Positions 54,115-64,000 of a DNA stretch of 64,000 bases are shown here, one piece after another. This DNA is from Octopus vulgaris (lineage: Eukaryota), in NCBI GenBank assembly GCA_951406725.2, contig OX597821.1, forward strand, positions 56,978,001 to 57,042,000. Direction: 5' to 3'. The first letter of the stretch is position 1; each line of letters starts with the position of its first letter. Position numbers and translations under genes: made by a program. The notes under the pieces are model-generated. The model had not been told where the DNA came from. It was given only the letters and a program-made list of their open reading frames with translations, and ran no database searches.

Positions 54115-55150
54115 CTATATTTCTGGTAAACTTTGGTACTTGTCTTTCATTGACATGGAGAAAGCCTTTGACAGAGTCCCCTGAGCCCTTATCTGGTGGT
54201 CAATGTGGAAACTAGGGGTAGATAAGTGGTTAGTGAGAACTGTAGAATCCATGTACAAGGATGTTGTCAGTAAGGTGAGGGTTGGCAACAAGTACAGTGA
54301 AGAATTCCGGGTAATAGTAGGGGTCCACCAAGGATCAGTCCTCATCCCCCTTTTATTAATCATAGTCCTCCGGGCAATAATTGAAGAATTCAAGACAGGA
54401 TGCTCTGGGAGCATCTCTATACTGATGACCTTGCTCAAATAGCTGAGTCACTATCAGAACTAGAGGAGAAGTTTCAGGTGTGGAAGCAAGGATTAGAATT
54501 GAAGGGCTTTAGAGTCAACCTAGCTAAAACTAAAGTCCTAATAAGTAGGGAGGCAGACAAACCGCAAATCCCTTCAGGTAGATGGCCCTGCTCGATCTGT
54601 AGAAAAGTCGTAGGTAGAAACTCTATAAGATGTACCCAGTGTAAGCTATGGACATGTAAGAGGTGCAGCAATATCAAAGGAAGGCTAACTGGGAAGATAG
54701 TTTCTGTATGTGGTAGATGCTCAGGAGCAATAAACATTGAAAATGTGCGGAGAACTGCTTCTATCATATACCAGGGGAAAAATCTAGAAGTAGTTGATAG
54801 TTTCCATTACCTAAGTGACCAAGTCAATAGTGGCAGTGAATGTTCTGAGAGTGTAGCTGCTAGAATAAGAATAGCCTGGGTAAAGTTCAGAGAGCTCCTA
54901 CCTCTGCTGGCAACAAAGGACCTCTCACTCAGAGTATGACACATGTGCAAACAGCCATGCAACATGACAGTGAAACATGAGCCATGACTGCTGAGGTCAT
55001 GCGTAAACAAGAAATGAAGCTAATATGCTCCGCTGGATTTGTAATGTCAGCATGCATGCACAATAGAGTGTAAGTGTCCTGAGAGAAAAGTTAGGCATAA
55101 GATGCATCAGATGTGGTATGCAAGAGAGATGGCTGCACTGGTATGGTCAT
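54115..55150 (+). pseudogene. RTE-clade LINE RT fragment with Cys-rich PHD-like insertion
   Basis: FIDMEKAFDRVP, GVHQGSVLIP, WEHLYTDDL, WPCSICRK..CTQCKLW..RCS..VCGRC, ARIRIAWVKFRELLP. Confidence 0.88.
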
Positions 55151-56819
55151 ATGCTGGCAATGACCTCGCTTGAATCTTTTACACATGCCACTTGCACAGG
55201 TGCCAGTAAGACAATCCTGGTAACGATCATGCTCGAATGGCGTCTTTTACGTGCCAACTGCACGGAGGCCAGATAGCCGCTCTGGCGATGATCACGCTCG
55301 GATGGTGCTCTTAATACTCTACTAGCATGGGGCTTGAGTGCCAGTAAGGCGACACTGGTAACGATCACGCTCGAATGGTGCCTTTTAAGTGGCACTGGCA
55401 CGGAAGCCGGTTAGCCACTCTGTCAATGATCACACTCATATTCCATTTCAAACAAGGACAAAGATTCACATTTAAAACCAATTTGACTTGTGCATCTGAA
55501 AATTTAATTTATATGATAACTCAACCATACTCTGGACACAATTATATAGACCAAACAATGACATCACAGATGGAGAGCTACACTGCATAAGCAACAGATC
55601 TATTTCCCATGGCATAGACAGACACCTTTGAGTGAACACTTTGGTAGATGTGCAGAGAATCTCCAACCATCTACCAATGCAAGGAAACAATTTCTATACA
55701 AGAACAGATAAATAAAGAAAATATATTTATTGAAAAATACAAACCATGCCTAAATATAAACACATACACAATTTTGGTGTTTGTAAATATTTTAATTCAT
55801 GAACACAACCAACTTTAGACATATTTTATCTCACTATTTTAACTTATGAGTTTATATAAATTTACCTGTCTCCCAAATTCAAATACCATTCCTGTCTCGA
55901 ATAATAACAATCACCAATTATCTCACCTTAGCATTTTTCTTTTTGTTTGTTTTTATTTTTATATTATTAGTTTTTCTTTGTTCTTTTTTTTTATTTTGTT
56001 TTATATAAATCCCACTAATTTTGTAACTCTTATTTTCAGTTTTTTCAACTGCAGAGTAAACAATTTTGTCCCAGTCACTCACTATCAACGGAAACGATAA
56101 TTTGCATAGTGTATGTATTTAAATATTTATATCTAATTCCATCTTTATGTTTTCTATGTGAAGATGTGTGACCTAGTGGTTAAGCTGTTGCATTCACAAT
56201 CACTTGAGCATAGGTTTGGTTCCCAAGCATTGTGTTCTTGAGCAAAACACTTCATTTCACATTGATACAGCCCCTATGTCAGTCAGTGGGAAAAGTTGGC
56301 CTACTCACCTAGCTATCCAGTGGTGTCATTCAAAGGCTAAAACTATTCAAAGCACATTGTGACTGATGTGTAACAATCTGATAATTTGATTGGTCATGTG
56401 ATCGCATGATCACATGACATTTTCTGTATCTGATTTTAAGAATGTTTGTGTGTATCTGTATACTTTTGTATATTTAAGGCAGTGCTTTTTAACCTTTTTG
56501 CTGGAGCGGAACCTCAAGGAAACATTCCACTGGCTCGAGGAACCCCAGTGCAATAATTTAATTGTCTTATGCAAAAAACAGCATTTAATTAATGAAATAA
56601 AAATACTCGTGTTCAGATTTATTTACAATAAAAACATAAACTGTAAAAAAATTGTCACGTACATATGCAATTTTATTCTTGCATCTACAGTTATTATTCA
56701 AACATGTATTAAAAATCTTTAGTTTGAATAGATTACATTTATTCTCATCAAAACCTCAATGAGATTCTTGAACCTGGTGTTTCTTGCACAACTCTTTAAG
56801 ATTGGGTCATGTTTTTGAT

Positions 56820-57935
56820 AGACACACACGAAGTCCACTGTTTCAATCATGTCGTTGCAGAATCAGCATTTTGGGTCTGATCCATTTTTCATCACATGGC
56901 CTGGTAGTTCCGGGTTAATAGGCTCTGATCTTGAGTGGCCAGGATGAAACCTTCGCTCTCTGCTTTTAGCCCTGAGCTCGTAGCCATTGATGGGTTTGCT
57001 TCTGGTCAACATCAGCTTGTTTGCTATGGGCCACATATTTGCCGTGCAGAGGTTTCTCCTCCCACCTATCAGCCAATTGCTCATGCGCTTTTTCGTTGCC
57101 ATTATTTTCACCTTCTTTGCAACAATAGTTGCCGTACTTCCCTTGGGTTGTTCAGTTTGGGTATCCTGCACGAGATCAATAGCAAATTTTTTGCTTTCCT
57201 TTATGATAGAATGAAGCTTCTTTCGTCTCTCGTGATTTTCCACGAGCTTTAGCATCCAGTCATTCGTTATTTCAAGATATTTGGCCAGTCCAATTGTGGT
57301 TGTCTTGTAAGCTAGTTCAAATTGGATCAGGCCTCGACCTCCTTGGGCTCTGGGAAGGTAAAGGCAATCTACATCTGCCTTTGGGTGGTGCATCCTATTA
57401 CAACTCAGCAGCTTGCGTATTTTCCTATCTATATTCTTTACTTCACTCATATTCCAGTTCAACACATTGTAGCTATAAGTAACAACTGGAACTGCTAAGG
57501 AATTTATAGATAACACCTTGTTACGTGCATTTAGTTCAGATTTCAGGACTGCACAAACTCTCCTATAACATTCCTTCCTGATCTTCTCTTTCATGCGTGC
57601 ATGCTGAATACCAGAGCCTTCATTTATCCCTAAATATTTGTATGTTTGTTCTTGCTCAAGCTCTCTTATGACTGTGTCAACATCTAACACGACTGAATTT
57701 GTGGTCTTCACTTTCCCTTTCTGGAAAGTGGCCTTGGCACACTTCTCAAGCCCAAACTCCATCCCGATGTCATCACTGAATGCTTTCACAGTGCGCAATA
57801 GGCCTTCAAGTTCATTATCGTCTTTACCATAGTTTTAAGTCATCCATATATAATAGATGGCTTATTTTTTTATTGGCAATTTTATACCCATACCCTGTTC
57901 TGTTTAATTCACTTGTAAGGGGTATTAGGGTTATG
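56820..57935 (-). pseudogene. R4/Dong-like LINE C-terminal RT and zinc-knuckle fragment
   Basis: HLLYMDDLK, FSDDIGMEFGLEKCAK, YKYLG, HHPKADVDCLYLPRAQGGRGL, C*FCNDMIETV. Confidence 0.88.
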
Positions 57936-58659
57936 CAGAATTTATTATTATTATTATTATTGTTATTATTATTATTATTTCCATTTTACTTGTACCAGTT
58001 AATTCCGTAAGAACGGACAGCAACCTGTTGTTGAAAGTCTCACAAAGTTTCTTCCTACATACTTAATATATAAGTACCAATTTCAAAATCTTTGCTGTTC
58101 CCAATAGAGCAGTTACCATCATCATCAATCTTCAAGAAGCTACTTCTTGCTAATTTAATTAGAAGACTTGTCATTACACCTCAAAATGACATTCTTAGAT
58201 TTCTTGCTGAATATGGAATGGGAATTTTCTGCAGGTCAACAACACAAGTCTCAGTTCCAGTATCATTCAGTCTCCTCGGTAACAGTTTGGATGTTGTGCT
58301 CTCCAAAACCCAATATACGCATCATGACTACCCATCTGATAAGGTTACATCAGACACATTGCATCACATCCATATCTGAGCAACATGGTGATCTCATGTA
58401 AAGATAAACAGTGCATGACCTTACAGGGGAGGGGGGGGCAGTAAGAATTTTGCTCCAAGTCAAGTAGTCCATCCTGCTCAAAAGGTCCTTGAATAGGGGC
58501 TGTTTAAGCATGAAGAAGAAAATACCCATTTTTCCTGGGGTGAATTATTCAAACCTTAAAGAATTCCTCTCGACACATAGCTGTGATGCTCCCCAACTGT
58601 AGCAAGTCATATTAGCACTACTTTGTGATGGTAGCTTAATTTAGTCGTTTTGTCTGTGG

Positions 58660-59458
58660 CAAGAATGGATGTGGATAGCTGTGTGAAAAAGTGCCACACC
58701 CTAGCGGTTGAGAAAACCTACGAAAGAGGTAGACCCAGGAAGACCTGGGATGAGGTGGTGAAGCATGACCTTCAAACACTGGGCCTCACTAAGGCAATGA
58801 CTAGTGACCAGGACCTTTGGAAATATGCTGTGCTTGAGAAGACTCAGCAAGTTCAAGTGAGACCATAACCTTGTGGCCTATGCCAGGGATGTAACCAGTC
58901 CACTTATGCATACCTTTCCTTCATTGGACACTAAACTCTGCTTGCAAAGACCTGTTGAGGCAAGTGAAATCGAAATCAAAATCAAATTCTATGATTTGCA
59001 TCCATGCTAGTGGGGCGCTAAAAGTACCATACGAGCATGATCGTTGCTAGAGCAACAAGCTGGCCTCTGTGCCAGTGACACGTAAAAACCACCATTCGAG
59101 TGTGATCGTTACCTGTGTCATCTTACTGGCACTTGTACTGGTGGCTGGTGAAAAAACATTCGAGTGAGGTCGTTGCCAATGCCACTAGACTGGCTCCTGT
59201 GCAGGTGGCACATAAAAAGCACAATTTGAGCATGGCTATTGCCAGTACCGCCTGACTGGCCCTCGTGCCAGTGGCACATAAAAGCACCCACTACACTCTA
59301 GGAATGGTTGACACTAGGAAGGGCATCCAGCTGTAGAAACTCTGCCAGATCAGATTGGAGCCTGGTGCTGCCATCTGGTTTGCCAGTCCTTAGTCAAATC
59401 AGCCAACCCATGCTAGCATGGAAAGTGGACGTTAAACAATAATGATGATGATGATGAT
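58660..59458 (+). mobile_element. RTE-clade LINE 3' end with repetitive 3' UTR and (TGA)n tail
   Basis: RGRPRKTWDEVVKHDL..LGL...DQDLWK; 3' UTR subrepeats (gtggcacataaaa.gca); atgatgatgatg tail. Confidence 0.85.
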
Positions 59459-60334
59459 AACCAATCACTGCTGGCCACAGAAGGATACACATAGCCTGGG
59501 CAGTGAAACATGAGTTTTAAAAAGAAAGGCCAGTAGTCGAGTAGAGTGGACATGGTAAGCAGATTAGATGAGCTTTGGCCCGGCAGGAGTTTGATCAGAA
59601 ATTAGCACTCATCAACGGAAGGACTTCTACCTTTATGCACTGATTTTTTTTTTCCAACTCATGGGAATATACAATTGACGGGAAGGCTGATATCTACGAT
59701 ACACGGATTGAACAATTACTAATAAATGAACATTTGATTCCTTCCCGATTATCGGGAAAGCTTACCTGCAAAGCTCCGGTAATATCTTGATTGCACCAGA
59801 ATAAATTCTCAGGTTTGTTAACCAAGAGGGAATATTGTCTCCTGGTATTCTATTGTGCCTTTTATGCAAACATATATTTAAATGTTACTAGTCTTCTGAC
59901 ACACATTCATTCAAATTGGTACCCTACATTAACCAGCATCTCCTTTGCCACACAACTATTTCTGCTCATGATCATATATGCACATATTATCAGCCACCAA
60001 GGGACATGCTCAACTGGTTATGGTCAAACAACTAACAAGCAATTCTGTGGTTCTGAGCAGAATATTTGCTGTCGCTCATCTTTTACACCAAGACGAAACA
60101 TGTACATGATAGCACTTTCAATCAGTTCAGATCAGAAGTGTTGAGAGCCATTACCTATCACTTCTATTGTGTTTGTTGAAATATGTTATCAGATAGTTAA
60201 AGAGCTTTAATTATGTCATACAATGTACCTGTGATGACACTTTGAACTATCTTATCTTGATGTCTTAGCTTTTTATACTTTTTTGTTATTTGTGGTGTGT
60301 ATGCATGTTCAAATACATTATAAACACACACTTC

Positions 60335-60400
<66 letters not shown>

Positions 60401-60779
60401 ACAGTGTTCAGGTTAAACTTGACTGATTAAGAGGAAAAGAAAATACAACATCCCATTTAAAAGTAAAAGTATTATAAGAAATAAAGAGATATCAACTAGA
60501 TTTTGGTTGGCTGATAACAATTTACTCAAAATAGTTGTCATCAGCTTCTACCAAGGCCTCAAAATGTCTCTGGAACCTGGTGCATTTCTCGTTGTATCCC
60601 TGGGAAGATCTTTGGATGCCTCCTCAATAATTGCCACTACCTTGATGTTGCAGGAAGAGCAGTTGGTGTCTTTCTCAGCCACACCCAACACAGTAATCCA
60701 TGGGATTATTGATCAGTGGAATTAGAAGGCCAAAAATTGAGGCTAACAAAGCCATAGAAATTCTCCGACTTTTTTGGAG

Positions 60780-61135
60780 ATGACCATGTAGAGATTTAAT
60801 ATCCAAGGTGCAAAAGTGTCCAGGCAGAGAAGAGAATGAAATGAAGAGGTATCTTTAATGTTTGACACTAAGGATGCTACAAGAGGTGGTAATATTTTGT
60901 CAAGGTACACAGAGAGAAGTTCAGCAAGGCAGATGCAGCTTGAGACAACAGGAAGGCTGGAATTGTCTGCGAATTTTGAGGACGAAGTAGATGGTGAAGG
61001 TTTAGGGTGTAGTTATAGTGAAGTTTGTGAAAGAGGGTGGAAGTGAGACAGAAGAGGTGAATTCATGCACAGTGGTAGACCTTTGTTTCTGGTAGTGGCT
61101 GGGGATATCACTTGGTATCTTGCTGTAGAATCAAG
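60780..61135 (-). pseudogene. Decayed PLE RT N-terminal fragment
   Basis: Minus strand FYFVLKI, PVVSSCICLAELLSVYLDKILPPLVASLVSNIKDT, LDIKSL; parallels 39391-40191. Confidence 0.7.
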
Positions 61136-61137
61136 GT

Positions 61138-61420
61138 GGAGGTACATAGCTTAGTGATTTTGGGTATTCAGCTCAGAATTGTAAGGTCGTGAGTTCAATT
61201 CCTGTTGCCGTGTTGTGCCCTTGAACAAGACACTTTATTTCATGTTGCTCCAGTCAACTCATCCTTGTCACATTCTGTCACACTAAATCTCCCTGAGAAG
61301 CACATTAAAAATATGCGTGTCTGTGGAGTACTCAGCCTTTTGCACATTAATTCCACAAGCAGGCTGTTCTACTGATTGAATCAGCTGGGACACACATTGT
61401 TGTAACTGACGGAGTACCAA
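61138..61420 (+). mobile_element. SINE family D
   Basis: tagcttagtg...gtgagttcaattcc...cactttatttcatgttgctccagt. Confidence 0.75.
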
Positions 61421-62004
61421 TTAAGTAGAATCAGGGATTGTTGAGTTGGTGTTGTACTTGTTGCCTCTACAGGCTGGTTCACTACATTACAACTGTAACA
61501 TCCTTATCAATTGGTTCTCAAGCATACAGCAGTGCTCCACAACCGTTTTTCACTTATGGTACACTTAAATTCTTTTCAAAATTCAACATCACACCTAAAC
61601 TAAAAATATAACTAAAAGTATTCTTTTATTCTTTTATACTTTTATTCATTTTTTTTTTGTTTCAGTCATTTGACTGCAGCCTTGCTGGAGCACCGCCTTT
61701 AGTTGAGCAAATCGACCCCAGGGGTTATTCTTTGTAAGCCTAGTACTTATTCTATTGGTTCTCTTTTAGCCAAACCACTAAGTTACGAGGACGTAAACAC
61801 ACCAGCATCAGTTGTCAAGCGATGATGGGAGGGACATAATCATCATCATCATCATTTAATGGCCAGCATGGAATTGGATGGTTTGACCGGAGCCGGCAAA
61901 GTGGAGAACCACATCAGGTTTCATCGTCTGGTATGGCATAGTTTCTACAGCTGGAGGCCCTTCCTAATGCCAATCACTTTACAGAGTGTAATGGATGCTT
62001 TTGG

Positions 62005-62531
62005 TCAGCTGAAAGCAGTTTTGGCACAAACTTGGTAGACATGTGTCTCATACTCAAGTCTCAGTGATAATGAACTGAACTGAACTGAACCATAACTAAT
62101 CTTCACATCCTTTGATAACTTATGGATGAGGATTGAATGATTTCCCCTCACAGCTGCATGTACATCTGTGATATTTCTCTCTGTTCTGCTGGTTGTGGGT
62201 CTCCCAAAACATTCATTGATATCAACATTTTCAGGCCATCTTGGAAACGTCTGAACCACTCATACACTTGCATGTGGCTCATACACTCCTCACCATAATT
62301 TCTGCAACTTTGCATAGGCCTCTGAGCAGGTATCACTATGATAACATTCTCTGTCATGGACAATGCGATGATCACATGTTACACACGTTCCTTCCAAGCA
62401 CTTCTGTAAACATCAGAAGTGAGCTAGAATCTTAAAAGTTAGTGCACGTGCACAGCAGAGTTCAAGGTCAATGGGTGCTTTAGCTTCGTTACTATGGCAA
62501 CAGTCCAGATATTTATTGATCAGATCTTGTA
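62005..62531 (-). mobile_element. Mariner 5' fragment
   Basis: YGEECMSHMQVYEWFRRFQDG, GRPTTSRT..NI..V (HTH region); probable TIR near 62503-62531. Confidence 0.75.
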
Positions 62532-63263
62532 TTGATACATTCGTAATGCATAACTTTGTTAAGCTAAACATAAAAAACAACTACTAACAAGAATGTGTTG
62601 GTGTATTTATATTGTGAGGGTTAGGCGGATACCTTCAACCATCCAACATCTCCATTTCCTTTTCCTGCCTAACTGGAAACCCCTTTCTTTGCTGACCAAC
62701 ACACCAGCTAGCCCACAATTCATCTACTGTCCTTGGGCAGTGTCCTACATATAGCTCCCTGCCAAAACTGTTGACTGTCATTGGAACTGGGAGGGTGTTT
62801 TAACCACCCTGCCTGTGTGTGTGTGGTTACTCGGCACTTTGGCGACTGTTTGTAGTCTGGGGCTAGTGTGATTTGCCTAGGTCAGCCTTTGTTTGGTGTT
62901 TGAGCCACTTGAATAGGGTTGTCAATATGGAGATGCGCCAGTTTCAATCTATTGGTGGAAACCCTGTCGTGTTGTCTGGCAATCAGGAAGTACTTTTTTC
63001 TGCTGACCGGTACTCTAGCTAGCCTGCAGTGAAGTTCTTGTCTACAGTTCATCTACAGTTCGATACTTGGAATGACCAATTTTAAATACTGTTGGATTTT
63101 ACTCATAAAGTATTTGAATCTTACATGTATACCATTCTGCCTAAAAAAATGGATCTACAAATTCAATACCCCTACATATCTCACATCTATTTCCTTTCCT
63201 CCACCTCACTCTCTATTTTGTATCATATCTAAATTAACTATTACTTAACTATTCTCTCACACC

Positions 63264-63311
63264 GTCTCCAATGAAGGGATATAGAAAATATCCTGGAAAC
63301 AGCTGTAAGAC
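63264..63311 (+). ncRNA. Degenerate minimal hammerhead in a pLTR-like remnant
   Basis: GUCU-CCAAUGA-AGGGAUAU-agaaa-AUAUCCU-G-GAAACAGCUGUA-AGAC; stems intact, palindromic ACAGCUGU, core mutated; (TA)n follows at about 63380. Confidence 0.6.
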
Positions 63312-64000
63312 CTTCTATCTATAAATGTTCTAAAATCTACTCAGCCTTGGTTTTTTTATTTCATTATGAAAAAAATTGTTATATATATATATATGCATAT
63401 ACAAATTATTTGTGATCAGAGTTGTTCGAAAACCGAGGTACTATTGTATTTGCAAAACTGTAACAATTTTCCAGTACAATTTTTGAATAATTTAAAAAAA
63501 GAAACTGAAATAAAATAGCATTTCTGAAAAATAGCATTCCAGTATTTAACAGACACTTTATTTTATCACCAGTGGAAAGATAAAAGGGAAAGTTCACCTG
63601 GGAATGTAAAGCACCGAAATAAATACCTCAAGGCATTTTCTGTATTGCTTTAACGACTCAACTAATCCCATCTCTTAGTTTTTTTTAATTTACCAACTAA
63701 GTAAAGTATTTGGTACTGGTGAAACCCAAGGGAGGTTATAGCAAATATTTGTAGGAGCAGTTATTTCCCTTTAATACAAAATAATAAATGAATTTTTTTT
63801 AAGTGGAGAGAGAGAAAGAATCATTACGTCAATATTGATGTAATGATTCTCCCTAGACATAACAAAATTTGTTTCAACACATGAATTCACATAAAGAATC
63901 TTACAAACCAGATACAAAAGCGCAATAAGTGGATAAAACGTGGAAATAGTCAATTTTTAAATGCCATCATCAGGCGTGACTGTGTGGAGGCACATGCGTG

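Overview
AT-rich eukaryotic genomic DNA, dense in microsatellites and repeats. The SINE families and (TA)n/(CA)n/(ATT)n load suggest an octopus or other cephalopod (inference). One host gene is visible, mostly missed by the ORF track: the last five coding exons (+ strand, 6605-29045) of a class B1 (secretin/PTH-receptor-like) GPCR, with unusual substitutions in conserved activation motifs (TM6 PxxG to PLFT, T6.42 to I, Y7.57 to L). The rest is repeat-derived. It includes a 5'-truncated Naiad-type Penelope-like element (PLE; RT + GIY-YIG, 31741-35744) inserted in a (TA)n tract, whose empty paralogous site lies within the same window; several other PLE fragments; and short pLTR/retrozyme-like units carrying hammerhead ribozyme (HHR) motifs. 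Two copies of one repeat carry an HHR with its three strands in non-circularly permuted (pseudoknotted) order. Also present: fold-back inverted repeats at microsatellites, decayed mariner/Tc1, Helitron, CR1, RTE and R4/Dong LINEs, and at least four SINE families. Repeat boundaries were read by eye and are approximate unless junctions are quoted.
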